A DNA stretch of 64,000 bases, from positions 18,910,001 through 18,974,000 of the forward strand of contig OZ024748.1 in the NCBI GenBank assembly GCA_964016885.1, given 5' to 3'. Source of the DNA: Eledone cirrhosa. Its lineage: Eukaryota. A program made the position numbers and the translations under genes. Numbering within the stretch: position 1 is the first letter of the stretch; the number at the start of each line of letters is the position of its first letter. Shown here in pieces: positions 41,451 through 55,793 of this stretch. The notes beneath the pieces were generated by a model. The model ran no database searches. It was not told the origin of the DNA and saw only the letters and a program-made list of their open reading frames with translations.

Positions 41451-42670
41451 CGAGGTGTGTGCTGAAAAGTTCCTGGCTTTGGGTAAAAGAAAATACAGGA
41501 GGATCAGTTAATTATGATTTTATTCAAGACTAGCCGAATTACCCGCGCCTTGATGCGTTTCACACATTTTTTTGGTAAGAAAATGATGATTGATTTTAAA
41601 TCAGTGATATAATTTATGGAGAAAAACTCTGCATTTCAATATTACTCAACGTAAAATGTAATGCATGAAAAATTGGAAAACATTATTAAATTTTATTCTT
41701 TATAAAATAAAGTACCAGTAATGTACTGGGTAATTGCTGGCCTTGTGCCTAAAGTAGAAACAGTTATTAAATTTTATTCTTATTTTGTTTCTTGTAAATT
41801 TTTCAAAATATCAATTCAAAACTTGATCATTTCACTTTTGTGTAAAGCATTATTTTCAAATTAGAAATTCAAAGTTTAATTATTTATTTTTTAACATAAT
41901 AAATACATGAAAATATATTTCATATTTTGTACTAATGAAGAAATTCAGGGTAAACAACATTTCTTGTCTTTCTTTGATTGGCTAAAATGTAGAGATTTTT
42001 TGAAGTTCCAGTCCTTGAAACAACCACATAAAACATGCCATGACTGAAACATGGGTTTGTCAGATCTATACCAATAGTTTTGAAAGATTGACCTTGACTC
42101 TTATTGATGCTCATGGCAAACCATGGCCTCACTGGGAACTGCAGGCTCTTAAATATAACAGGCAGCTCGCTATCACTTGGTATAAGTGGAATCCTCGGAA
42201 TGAGAAGAGCTTGACCTTTCTAAGCCCCGAATATAATGGTTGCTTCAATCAAGTTCTCATGCAATATTGTTACAACACATCTTGTTCCATTTATTGGCCA
42301 AAATTTTCACTATAGGGGGTTTAACCCCAATTAGGGTCTCTTAATATTATTGAAATTTGCTGAAATTTTGTCAATAGGCATCATATCTTGTCATTTACCT
42401 ATGGTTTAAATTTCATATAAATCGAAGGGAAAGCAGTTTCAGCGGGGGTTTGTGCCCCCGGGGAACCCTTTGGTTAAAATGAAATATACTTATCCAAGTA
42501 CCCTGGGCAATGTAGTTTCAGAATATATATGGTTAAGGGGGTCTATCACCAAAGCCATAGGAGGAGTTCGTGAACAAACAAACAACCAAACAGACAAGAA
42601 CTACAACTTTATATATAGATATTCCCCTTTCTGATTCACACACATATTGCAGCAGTCCTTCAGTTTTTCT
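41451..42670 (+). mobile_element. Mariner-like remnant split by the Helitron
   Basis: TA|CGAGGTGTGTGCTGAAAAGTTCC...TTATTCAAGA (to 41529) resumes TATTCCCCTT (from 42620). Confidence 0.6.
41530..42619 (-). mobile_element. Internally deleted Helitron with both ends
   Basis: Minus strand: A|TCTATATATAAAG... 5' end and ...GCGCGGGTAATTCGGCTAG|T 3' end; PIF1-helicase C-terminus MSINKSQGQS...FSHGMFYV..SR...NVVYPE (41932-42132). Confidence 0.88.
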
Positions 42671-43091
42671 ATTCTCTGTAAAAAAAAAAACTCGGAAGAT
42701 TCCTTAAAGTCAGGAACATTTATATCAAAACATTATATCAAAAACTTATTTGTCTCTAATGTTTAGAAATCTCAATGGAAAGATAACATTTCAAATCAGA
42801 GATAAAATTAAAAACATATCAAACTGAAGCCCAAATCCTGATTTGGAGGTACATAGGCTGAACAAACTAAAATAAACCAACATTGTCTCTATATAATCTA
42901 TTCAATAGTTTCTTTAATTCCAAAGAATTTCACTCTGAAGGCGGAAAAATTCTTCCAATATTGGTTGTTTTACTTTATTGAAATAATAAATATTGTTTCT
43001 TAATACCAGAAACCGAGTTTGAGGAGAGTATATAAGTAAGACTGACTTATTTTAGTTTGTCTAGCTCATTTACCGCCAAATCGGGATTTTG

Positions 43092-43199
<108 letters not shown>

Positions 43200-43499
43200 G
43201 AGAGACGTAAAAGAAGAAACGTACGGAGAAGCCTTTCGTCATCAGGGAAGTCTATTCTCAGCTAAGTTTCCAGGCAATACGTGGACACAGGGAACTTATA
43301 CAAAAATAATTCAGTGGATGGAAAAAAGCAAAGCGTGGACTAAATTCCAAGCCATTGAAAAAATCACTGCCTACTGCGTCGGTGGCAAATTCAAAAGAAT
43401 CAGTCACGTGACATCGAGGTCAATCAGTGAAAAGTGGTTTGTTAAGAAGACAGCAGCCGGACCGTACTATAGTAGCAGTTTTGGCCAATTTTTGCTCGA

Positions 43500-43557
<58 letters not shown>

Positions 43558-43580
43558 TTTCGTTAGAATAACAATTGGTG

Positions 43581-43621
<41 letters not shown>

Positions 43622-43770
43622 TATATATATACATATATATATATAGAAGTGGTTACACAACAGTAGTGGATCCTCAGCTCGTAATGGACATGGTTATACG
43701 GAACAGAAAGGACAACCGTACGAACGCGCATGCGCAGAAACGGTCACTTTACTCAGGCAATACTAAATTT

Positions 43771-43805
43771 CTGAGGATTCGCTAAGGTGAAACAATTGTT
43801 CTCGG
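43771..43805 (+). ncRNA. Hammerhead family F copy lacking 5' stem-I arm
   Basis: CTGAGGA-TTCGCTAAGGT-GAAA-CAATTG-TT-CTCGG. Confidence 0.5.
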
Positions 43806-43899
43806 TATGGTGAACTAACTGTTGTGGAACCACTTCTACCGAACTCGTCCCATGGACTGAGTGCTCTACCACTACGGATATTACCTTCCAGTGTTCTAC

Positions 43900-43980
<81 letters not shown>

Positions 43981-45109
43981 TGAAAACATGGCGTGCTGCG
44001 TGGTTGCAAATGGGTTACATATGAATAAATTTAGTCCTTCATCAGTGATCTGTCATCGCTTTAAAGACCATATACCTCCGGTTGGTGCGAGCAACGGCTA
44101 AAAAAGTCGTTGGGACACGTAAATAAGGGGAACGAGTGAGACAGTAAACAATCAAAGATGGTAATGCAACGAAAAGTGAGGAAGAAGGAGTCAAGTCTAT
44201 GAGTCAAGTCTCTGAAATTCTGTGAAATCGTGGACGAGAGAGAAAAATAAAGACCATATGACCTGGGCGAAGTGTGCGTGAGGATAGAATCTCGCACAGG
44301 TCAAACGGGAGGAAGTAGGAGAGGGAGTAGCAGAGAGTGAGTGAGTGAAAGTGTGAGGAAGAGGCTAACAGAGAGAGTGACTGTTAGAGGGGGTAAAAGG
44401 AAGTGAGAGATACAGAGAAAAAGGGAAAGCAGTAAGAAAGAAACAGACGGGTCACAGCGGAGGAAAATATATATATAAATATGAAAACCTGGCGTGCTGC
44501 GTGGTTGCAAATATATATATACAATAGAATTAGGATTTAGCTTCATGCATAGCTGTATACAGATATGTATCGGAATTTCGTATTTCTAAAACAAAAATAC
44601 GGTATGTTTATAGATAAACATTTAGAAAGCCGTAGCTATGCAAAACACAATCTCTGTTTGGATTTCATCATTTCTAATTTCAAATCATCCGAAGGTTCGA
44701 TGAATCGTAAGATACATATATACATACATATGTACATACATACACACATACATAAATATATACATACATACATACATACATACATAAATACATACATACG
44801 TATAAATACATACATACATGAATACATAAATACATACATACGTACATACATGCATGCATACATGCATGCATCCATCCACACACACATACATACATGCATA
44901 CATGCATACGTTCATAAATACATACATACGTACATACATACATGCATACACCCATGCATGCACACACACACACACATACATACATACATATACACATATA
45001 TACATGCATATAAACATACGCACAGGGTAACGCAAGTGACGAGAGAGTGAGTGAGGGAGAGATAGAGTGAAACAGTGAGAGAGAGAGTGAGAGAGAGAGA
45101 GACTGAGTG

Positions 45110-45188
<79 letters not shown>

Positions 45189-45610
45189 CCGGTGATGGTT
45201 GCACATTAACTCAATTTTATCATCACATCTGTACATCTGTCAAAACAGATGTACACAGATGTGTATACAGATAATTAGTTGGTTTGTAGGAAGAAAGCAG
45301 AATTTTGGGGCGGGTGATAGGGTGAAGAATTAGAAACGGGTGAGGTGTTGTGGTGGTGGTGATGTGTGTGTGTGTGTGGGGGGGGGCGTGGGGGAGGCGT
45401 GTGGTGTGCGGGGTGAAGTAGCTGTCTGCTGCTCAGTGAAATAGGGAAGTAGAAAGAAAAGAAAGAAAGAAAGAAGCTGGCTAAAGTAAATATACACCCC
45501 CGCCTTCTATGTCATCTCCCCCACGATCCACTCTATCCCTCTCTCTTTCTTTTTATAGTCTACAAATGTCTATCTATCTATATATATCTGTCTGTCTGTC
45601 TATCTTTCTA

Positions 45611-45642
<32 letters not shown>

Positions 45643-45708
45643 ACTATCTATCTATATATCTATCTCTCTCTATATATCTGTCTGTCTGTCTATCTATTTA
45701 TCTATCTG

Positions 45709-45776
<68 letters not shown>

Positions 45777-46049
45777 AGCATTGCACTACATGGATTCAGT
45801 CAGCACAGCATGAACACTGGAAGATAGGGTCTTCAGAACTCGCTGTCTTAACCACCCATCATTTTGTCATCTGGATAAAGACTTATAATCATTCTGAACC
45901 CCTTTCTCACCACTTAAAATGTATCTGCCCCTCCCCTCCCCCTCCATTCTCTACAGCTCTTTAAACTCTTCCAGCTATCAACAGTTATTCATTAATCTCA
46001 CATCTTGTAACCCTTTCAACAGTTATTCATTAATCTCACATCTTGTTAA

Positions 46050-46905
46050 CCCTTTCGGTACCAATCCACCTAAAACTTCCCCTGGTTTTACAATACAAAA
46101 TTCTAGATTTTAACGTGTTTATATTTATGTAAAAACTTTTCAACATAATTTTATGTAAGAACCTTTGTTAAGTTATGTTCCAAACTACATGAAACTACCC
46201 CTGGTTCTACAATACAAAACAGCTGATTTTAAAGTGTTTATATTTATCTAAAAACCTTCCATAATTTTATGTCAGAACCTTTGTTAAGTTATGTTCGAAA
46301 CCACCTAAAACCTCCCCTAGTTTTACAATACAAAATTCTTGATTTTAACGTGTTTATATTTATGTTAAAACCTATCAACATAATTTTATGTAAGAACCTT
46401 TGTTAAGTTATGTTCCAAACCAACTGAAACTACCTCTGGTTTTACAATACAAAACTATTGATTTTAAAGTGTTTATATTTATCTAAAAATCTTCCAACAT
46501 AATTTAATGTAAGAACCTTTGTTAAGTTATATTCCAAGCATCAACGCTTTATCCCTTCTGTTTGCCGGATCTATACGGAGGCTAGCGCCTGAGGTTGTGC
46601 ACTCCAGAGACCCCCCCCCCCACCATCATCTGGGCCTTTATCTATGTTTGAGTGCTCTTTATTCATTTAGTATTTAGTTAAGCTATTTGTAAGAAGCCAC
46701 CAAGTATCGATACCAAAGAACCAGGTGAAGAACTACATTTATTTCACTAGAACATAGTTCACCATTTCTTTCAAGAATTCCTCTCAGAATTGAATAACAT
46801 TCCAATTAAACATAGATATATTACAAAACCCCTTCAAATACTTGAACGTTTTCAAAATTATAAAAAAAGGCAGTGTCTTTCATTTTAAAAATGGCGAAGA
46901 AAGGG
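46050..46905. mobile_element. piggyBac-like non-autonomous element with internal ~120-bp tandem repeats
   Basis: TTAA|CCCTTTCG ... GAAAGGG|TTAA; four ~120-bp units at ~46065-46535. Confidence 0.7.
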
Positions 46906-47653
46906 TTAAGGATATGGTTAGCAATAGCCCTAACACAGCGTGATTGAAAATAAAAACGGATATGGAGCCATTTATAATATGTTTATGTATAATGAATACA
47001 CATTTATCTTGCTGGGAGTATTTCAAGCTGTGATCATATCACAGCTAAAAATAATCATAGCTAGACTAAATCTATGTTTATTATTGTTGTTGTTGTTTTT
47101 TGTTGGGCCTCGGTCGGTTCCAACGATGCGTGTTTTAGTAGTTACAGCAATGGAACAGCTTACTGTGAAATGAATGGTAAAGTGTCTAAGCATTCCATAG
47201 GTACGTACACTTCTAACGTTGTTCTCATAGCGATTCAGCCCGACGCAGTATATGACAAGGTTGGCCTTTTATTAGTAGAGTTCAACTTGAAATATAGTGC
47301 AAGTGGCTGAGCATTCCACAAGCAGATATCACTGACAGCAGCGATGATGAAACATTTTAGACCAATGAAATATATATATTTAAAATTAATGCTCTGACTG
47401 AGGTGTCACTTACAAGCAGACATATATTTTGGTTTAATTTATAGAGAAGGACAAAGCAGTATAGTTTATATGAAGCATTGTGAAATATGCAGTTAGCATT
47501 GTTAAGGAAAAACCATAGAAGTCCATGAATTAAACATCGGGAACTTGAGAATCAGAAAGACAGTTCTCATGAATAGATGGAATCCTTCCATTAAGAGCAG
47601 ACTCGAGTTGCATGAAGCTGATTGGCTTTTGTGACAAAACCAATCTGCACATA

Positions 47654-47845
47654 ATAATTGTTTCTACTTTTGGTACGAGGCCAGCAGTTATCCCAGTGCA
47701 TTACTGGTACTTTATTTTATCGACCCCAAAAGGATGAAAGGCAAAGTTAGCCTCAGCGGGATTTAAACTCAGACCGTTAAGAGGTGTAACTCTATGCTGC
47801 AAGGCATGGCGTCCGACCTTTTACCGATACTGCCAATCCACGGCC
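47654..47845 (-). mobile_element. tRNA-derived SINE
   Basis: Reverse complement of the 3503 copy; AATCTGCACATAATAAT occurs on both sides (~47642 and ~47848), a probable TSD. Confidence 0.88.
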
Positions 47846-48093
47846 TTAATCTGCACATAATAATGCTAGAAAACGTTTGAAAAAGAAATGAAAAAGTTCT
47901 CAGCATCCAGCATCTTGTTAAAAAAAGGGAACCCCTAAATGAGCCGAAAATGAACCTTCAGAAGATTCTATTTGGTGAGTTCGTAGAGAAATATTGTATG
48001 TGAAAACAACTTTAATTAGCCCAGATGTTAATTAGTGCAGCAATAAATATTTGTATAACCTATTGGTTTACCATACACACACACACACACACA

Positions 48094-48166
<73 letters not shown>

Positions 48167-48222
48167 CATATGTATATGTATATATGTATATACATATGTA
48201 TATATGTGTATATATATATATA

Positions 48223-48290
<68 letters not shown>

Positions 48291-48309
48291 GTGTGTGTGT
48301 GTGTGTATC

Positions 48310-48590
48310 TTTGCTTTTCATCCTTATGGGGTCGATAAAATAAAATACCAGTAATACACTGGTATATTGCTGGCCTTGTGCCAAAAGTAGAAACAATTAT
48401 TTCTTTCTGTATCGGTAGAGAGTCGAACACCATGCTTTGCTTTGCAGCATAGAGTTACGGCCCTTTATGGTCTGAGTTCAAATCCCGTCGAGGTTAACTT
48501 TACCTTTCATCCTTACGGGGTCGATAAAAATAAAGTACCAGTAATGCACTGGTTTAATTGCTGGCCTTGTGCCAAAAGTAGAAACAATTC
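48310..48590 (+). mobile_element. Partial tandem SINE pair
   Basis: Two SINE cores and 3' ends. Confidence 0.8.
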
Positions 48591-48784
48591 TTTCTTTCTG
48601 TGTCTATCCGTCTCTTTCTCTCCTAACACCCCCCCCCACATAATATATGTGCGTGGATCTATAAATATATGTATGGTTTGATAAGAGGTAGACGCGCATG
48701 AGCGTGCAATGTATGTTTACAACCAGCTGTATGTTTTTACATATGCATGTGTTTCGGTACACACACACACATACACACACACAC

Positions 48785-48914
<130 letters not shown>

Positions 48915-48956
48915 CAAAATATTAACAAATGGAAACTATATTTATAAAACCATATT

Positions 48957-49022
48957 TATTTCATTATACATATTTCAAGGGCCACCAGAGCAAACTATGG
49001 TGCGCTTTCATCAGATAAAATA
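48957..49022 (-). ncRNA. Type I hammerhead ribozyme (family D)
   Basis: TATTTTAT-CTGATGA-AAGCGCACCA...TGGTGGCCCTT-GAAA-TATGTA-TA-ATGAAATA. Confidence 0.7.
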
Positions 49023-49219
49023 TAATATAGGTTAGTTTTATAAATTATTATTGACATACCCTTAAAAAATGCAACCATTTGTTGTATCCCAACAAATTAA
49101 ATATAACCTCTACATAAATATATATATATACGTAGGTCCCGGGTTGAGTCGGGGATAACCACAGTAAGTAAGGTACTCAATACATGGCAAGGTAAAAAAA
49201 ATGTTTATTGTATAGAAGG

Positions 49220-49270
49220 AGCTTCTACAGGACTAGTACTGTTTCATTCAGATGAAATCTTCAGGAAGCT
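49220..49270 (-). ncRNA. Type I hammerhead ribozyme (family E)
   Basis: AGCTTC-CTGAAGA-T-TTCA TC TGAA-T-GAAA-CAG TACTAGTC CTG-TA-GAAGCT; followed by an inverted partial copy at 49273-49326. Confidence 0.78.
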
Positions 49271-49332
49271 GGGTTTCATCTGAATGAAACAGTACTAGTC
49301 CCGTAGAAGCTCCTTCTAGACAATAAAAAAAA

Positions 49333-49417
<85 letters not shown>

Positions 49418-49525
49418 GTATATATATATATATGAATATGTGTTTAGGGATTGTGACGTGAAGTTACTGTTGGTTCATCAAAGTGAATACTCAATGCGTA
49501 GTTTACAGTACGCCATTAAGCAAAT

Positions 49526-49616
49526 AGATGTTTGATGAGCTTTTGATTCCAAAGTCGGACCCGATCGATAGAGATCGAACCTTGAGCTGATCAATCACGA
49601 AACGCGCGTCACACCT
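49526..49616 (+). ncRNA. Hammerhead-like ribozyme family G
   Basis: AGATGT-TTGATGA-GCTTTTGATT...GATCAATCAC-GAAA-CGCGCG-TC-ACACCT. Confidence 0.55.
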
Positions 49617-49731
49617 GAATGAACTTAATGAAAATTTAACAGCTCGTCCATACTTATTATATATACACACACACACATAAATATAAGCATATTCATATAC
49701 ATTCATTTTTCTATACTTATATATATATATG

Positions 49732-49763
<32 letters not shown>

Positions 49764-49764
49764 C

Positions 49765-49795
<31 letters not shown>

Positions 49796-50024
49796 TATAA
49801 ATTTATATATATATGTATATATATATATATAAATTTATATATATATGTATATATATATATATAAATTTATATATATATGTATATATATATATAAATTTAT
49901 ATATATATGTATGTATATATATAAATTTATATATATATATGTATATATATATATAAATTTATATATATATATGTATGTATATATATAAATTTATATATAT
50001 ATGTATATTTATATATTTATATAT

Positions 50025-50055
<31 letters not shown>

Positions 50056-50105
50056 AACAAATACATATATATGTGTGAATGTTTGTATGTGTGTGTGTAC
50101 TGGGG

Positions 50106-50139
<34 letters not shown>

Positions 50140-51006
50140 GAAAAGAGAGAGTGAGAGAGAGTGAGAGAGAAATGGGGGACCGTGCCAATCAGTCTATACA
50201 GTGCTAATACGAAGTGCGTGAGACATTGCCCCCGCCCACACACACACCACCTCTCTCTGTCTCTACAATGTTGGTAAGACCCCCGTCCACCCCTCTCTGT
50301 CTCTACAATGTTGGTAAGACCCCCCCGCCCACCTCTCTCTGTCTCTACAATGTTGGTAAGACCGACATTTGTTAGGTTAGAATGACGTCTATATCTATTC
50401 AACTATGATCATATTCAGGTGTTGTATTCACAAACATCTTCACATAACTTTCACCTTTCACCTTTCACCCTTCACCTTTCACCGACATACACATACACAT
50501 ACATACACATCTTCGTGTAATCTAGTCTGACTTATATAATTGCCAAATCTTTTCATTCATAAAATAACAAATGTCCCCACCCTACGTTGAATGAAATATA
50601 TTTTTTTACCAACCATTTCTGTGTACTTTCTCTCTATTAGTAACCTTAAGTAAGCAAGAAGGTGGCGGATTGGAAGTGTTGTTACGGACAGTAGAGAAAA
50701 GAAGGTCTTGTGGGAATTTCTTCTGTGTTGTCAGTGAGTTCAAATCTCGCTGAAGCTTACTTTCAAACAACATTGAGTGTACACGTGCTTTTTTCTAAAA
50801 AAATTGGTTTTCTATTCCATCCTCTTCTCACTATCTTTCTGTTTCATCTTTTATTTCTCATTCTGATGAAGGACTAGTGTCTGAAACGTAATTACGCTTT
50901 TCCTACTATATCAAGCGTTAAACAAATATACTTTTTTTTTTCGTACTGAGCTGTTTGCTTCGTTGTTTCTCTTTACTTCTTGCACACACACACACGCACA
51001 CACACG

Positions 51007-51169
<163 letters not shown>

Positions 51170-51174
51170 GCAAA

Positions 51175-51253
51175 GAGTCTGATGAACTATTGATTCCAGA
51201 GTTGAACCAGATCGAGCCTTGAGCTGATCAATCGCGAAACACGCGTCACACCT
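51175..51253 (+). ncRNA. Hammerhead-like ribozyme family G (canonical core)
   Basis: GT-CTGATGA-ACTATTGATT...GATCAATCGC-GAAA-CACGCG-TC-AC. Confidence 0.6.
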
Positions 51254-51865
51254 GGATAATATATATGTGGAATAACATAACCTCTTGAAATATGTAAATA
51301 TAAAGCAAAGGAGAAAAAGTAACAAGAGAGAGAAAGAGAGAGGGAGAGGATGAGAGAAAGAGAGAAAGAGAAAGAGAGAGGGAGAGGGTGAGAGAAAGAG
51401 AGAGAGAGAGAGGACACTGCGAGATAGATAGAGAGTGAGACACTGAGTGTGATAGATGTGTAAATGCATGAGTATTTTTGTATGTGCGTATGTATTTGAG
51501 TGTGTATGTGTGTATATGTGTGTGTATATTTAAGTACTTGAATGTGTGTATGTGTCTATTAGGATGTGTGTATGCGTATATTAGGATGTGTGTATGTGTA
51601 TATTAGGATGTGTGTATGTGTATATTAGGATGTGTGTATGTGTATATTAGGATGTGTGTATGTGTGCATTAGGGTGTGTGTAGGTGTATATATGTATATG
51701 TGCATTAGGGCGTGTGTGTGTATGTTTATATATTTATGCAGAAGTTAAATATGTAAGTGGCTGAAATGAACTGCTTACTTGAAGTAGCTAACGTCTAACA
51801 ATTGACTTCAAAACAACATCAGGGGAACTACTTGTTAAGAGCTTAACCTTTGCAGACTTACTCAC

Positions 51866-51907
51866 TTGATCATCTAACTGAGAGCTTCTCAAAGTGGGCG
51901 TCACCAT
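51866..51907 (-). CDS. Possible upstream exon (MVTPTLRSSQLDDQ) of the minus-strand gene
   Basis: Consensus donor CAA|GTGAGT in phase 0 within a unique-sequence island; no clear acceptor, and it lies beyond the gap. Confidence 0.25.
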
Positions 51908-52182
51908 CACAGGGGACGTTGAGAATGTCCATAAGCAAAAGGGGTATTCAATTTGTTGGTAATTCAACAAATATAAATGGTTATAACTGATTCGAAGCCC
52001 TCGACAGGTTTTCTGGAGTATAATATTCGATACTATTAAATAAATGGAAACTATATCTATAAAACCATATTTATTCTATTATATATATTTCAAGGTTTTT
52101 CCTGGATAGTCACTATCCAGGAAAAACGTGAACCGTTAAGATCTTCTTCCTGGTTATGTCAATATTTATAAAACAAACTTTG

Positions 52183-52243
52183 TATTTTATCTGATGAGAG
52201 CGTACCAAAGTGTTGGTACCCTTGAAATATATATAATAGAATA
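52183..52243 (+). ncRNA. Type I hammerhead ribozyme (family D)
   Basis: TATTTTAT-CTGATGA-GAGC GTACCAA AGTG TTGGTAC CCTT-GAAA-TATATA-TA-ATAGAATA. Confidence 0.75.
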
Positions 52244-52599
52244 AATATGTTTTTATAAATATAGTTTCCATTTATTTAATATCATTAAATATATATATAG
52301 TTAATATATATATATAGTTAATATATATAGTTAATATATATAGTTAATATCATTGAATATATATATATATAGTTGAATATACAGTGTGGCAAACCATATT
52401 GTTATAGTTAGTATTTTTTCACCCTAGCAAAACTGGTCCTTTACAATTTGAACACATATATGTTTATATTTGTGTTTATCTCTCCTGTATATCAACTATA
52501 TTACACGGCTCAGAAAAACTTCTTTCTTAGAGCTATTTAATTGTAAGGGACTATTTTGAGTTTCTAACTCAGCATATGATATGATATATATATATATAT

Positions 52600-52680
<81 letters not shown>

Positions 52681-52697
52681 ATATATATACATATTTA

Positions 52698-52812
<115 letters not shown>

Positions 52813-54084
52813 AATACAGTATCAGAGAAAGCTTTTTAGCGATACTCCGGCCAAATTCCAACTCACTCAACAAACATTAGGAAATAAGTGAGTATATTCC
52901 TAATTAAGCGTTCGGGGTGCTAACTAATTGTATTGTGTGGAAAATTGGCTGTATTATTTCATATGAGACATATCGAATATATCTCTTGTCATATATATAT
53001 ATATAACTCTAAAGTCTGTCTTAAGCCAGAAGGCTCGTTAGGCCGGTACTTCATCGCAGTTTCATCGCAGTCCATCGCAGGGTTAAACCCCCAGAGATTG
53101 CTGGTACTGAATGTGCATATAGAGCAACGTGAAATGATGTGTTTTGCTCAAGAACACAACAGGAAACCCAACCCAGGAATCGAACCCATGACATTATGAT
53201 CGTAAGACCAACACCCTTACCTCAGTCACTTGTATCTTAATTTCACGAGTAGGCTGTTTCGTCTAATTAAACCATTGGAACCCCCCCTCCTCCTCCTCAT
53301 CATCATCATCATTATACACCATAGAATTCTTATATAAAATAGAATGTTTGAATGATGTAGTTACTGGATTAGATGATAACGACTGGAATAGCTCTGATCA
53401 TATATCTGCTGGATCAAAGTTGAACTGGGACTAAACAATACCAAAACCAACACGGCCACCTATAAACAATGCCTAAAAGAAGGGCCAGATTTAAACGAAG
53501 ACATCAGTTCAGGGCCGGAAAATCAAGAAGTGGCCTCAGGAGTATTTCATGCACATACCCTTAAACCTCAAAACAAAATACTCAAGCTCCTTGAATTTTG
53601 AGAAAAGCTCCCACCCCTTTCTCGCCCCTCGCCTCCCTTATCCCCCCCGCCCCTACCTCATCCATCACCCCTCACCCCTCTCCCCTCATATCCATTACCC
53701 CCTTTCCCCTCTCCATTTCTCGGGAACCCGACCAAAGTAGCTTCTTCCAACTAACCAAATTTCTGTATTTCTGTTGGAGGTTCTGCCCTAGAAGTTGTAA
53801 TTAGTAATGTGTGTTATTAGTGCTTCCATGTTAGTTGATTGGCGATGACTCATGTCGACTTGAAAGTAAATAGGCAGCACGTGTGTGTGTATAACTAAAT
53901 CACTGACTGGCTGATTGCTGTATGTTAGTAACATGTGCAGTGCAGCATTAATTAATAAATTGTTCACTAATGAGTAAGTCGTCTTCAGTGCAGTGTATAA
54001 TTAACAAGTGGTTCTTCATTAATTGCCACTAGTCGTCCGCAATGCAAATATTCATCCCTGCTTGACAAATGTAAGCAGAAGATT

Positions 54085-54547
54085 AGACTAAACCAGATTA
54101 GATCAGATTAGACTAAACCAGACCAAACCAGACTAAACCAGATCAGACCAGATCATATCAGGTCAGACCAGATTAGACTAGACTAAACGAGATTAGATCA
54201 GACTAAACCAGATCAGATCAAACCAGAACAAACCAGATCAGACCAGATCTAACCAGAACAAACCAGACCAAACCAGATCAGACCAGACCAAACGAGATTA
54301 ATCCAGACTAAACCAGACTAGATGAAATCAGACCAGACCAGATCAGACCAGACCAGACCAGACCAGACCAGATCATACCAGATAAACCAGACCAAACGAG
54401 ATTAAACCAGACTAAACCAGACCAAATCAAACGAGATCAAACCAGATCAAACCAGATCTAACCAGATCAAAACAAATCAGACAGAGCAAAGCAGACGACA
54501 AAACCAAAGCAGACCAAACCAGACTAAACCAAACTAAACCAGACCAA
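54085..54547. repeat. Degenerate pentamer satellite (AGACC/AAACC/AGATC)
   Basis: Direct reading; adjoins a minus-strand SINE fragment at 54548-54626. Confidence 0.9.
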
Positions 54548-54907
54548 GTCAAAGTTGACCTCAGCGGAATTTGAACTCAGAAGGCGCAGAGTTTCAAAAT
54601 TCTGATGATTCTGCCAATTCGTCGCCTGATTATATAAGAATTAATTACCTGATTATATAAGAATTATTGAAATGTCGAAGATACATGGGAAGAATTTGGA
54701 ACACGTAATGGAGAAAGTCAATGTAGATTCTATAAAGAATGTTGCTTATCGTTTAACAATGATTTTAACATGAATTTACGTAACATATATACATTTTTTT
54801 AAGAATTCCAAGAGTTTTAAAGATTTTTATCTTGAAATCTTATTAACACTTAATTATCAAGATATATATATATCAGAATTGTTATCATCTATCTCAAAAC
54901 TGTGTAA

Positions 54908-54938
<31 letters not shown>

Positions 54939-54985
54939 TGTATGTATGTATGTATGTATGTATGTATGTATGTATTTATGTATGT

Positions 54986-55793
54986 ATTCTAGGAGAAGGA
55001 AAGCTCTGATATAACACCTGCAACCCTGATGGTATCCAATGATGTTGACTTGTTCTTCTTTTTGGTAAATATCATCTTGGTTAAGAGAGTGGGACTGGCT
55101 CTGTGCAGTGCCTTTGCTCACTATAAAAGCTTCACGGCACAGGCATTGCTTTATATCTGGAGATCTCTCTGCACTTGTCGTCACATGGTACCATGGGCCC
55201 AGCACTATGTGTCAGTAATTGTCACAAGTGTAGTCTTTGTACCAGAGTTTTCAAGTCGCTGGCTGGACTAAAAAGTCACACTCTTTCAGCGCATCGGTAG
55301 GAGTTCTCCTACATGGATATAAAGTAGTGGCCGTACTCGAAAACAAGTTGGCAGCCACCATGTATGTATGTATGTATGTATGTATGTATGTATGATTGCA
55401 TGTGTGTATGTATATATGTATGTATGTATATATGTATGTATAAATGTATGTATGTATTATGTATATATGTATGCACGTATGTATTATGTATATATGTATG
55501 TACGTATGTATGTATGTGTGCATTTATGTATGTATGTATGCGTGCATGTATGTATGTGTGTATGTATAATTGTATGCATGTGTGTATGTATGTATGATCT
55601 CTCTGCACTTGTCGTCACATGGTACCATGGGTCCAGCACTATGTGTCAATAATTGTCACAGGTGTAGTCTTTGTACCAGAGTTTTCAAGTCGCTGGCTGG
55701 AATAAAAAGTCACACTCGTTCAGCGCATCGGTAGGGGTTCTCCTACATGGATATAAAGTAGTGGCCGTACTCGAAAACGAGTTGGCAGCCACC
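54986..55793 (+). mobile_element. Two fragments (54986-55340, 55597-55793) of a LINE 5'-UTR-like repeat inside (TATG)n
   Basis: Reverse-complement match to 58729-59092; CTAGGAGAAGGAAA.CTCTGA motif recalled from RTE-type 5' regions. Confidence 0.6.

Noticed and set aside
43200-43500. Possible Penelope GIY-YIG C-terminal remnant (also ~31400-31660, ~47400-47640)
   Set aside because: Only a vague resemblance; no diagnostic motif could be read confidently
47074-47360. Unique island with exon-like signals
   Set aside because: No consistent frame and splice pair on either strand
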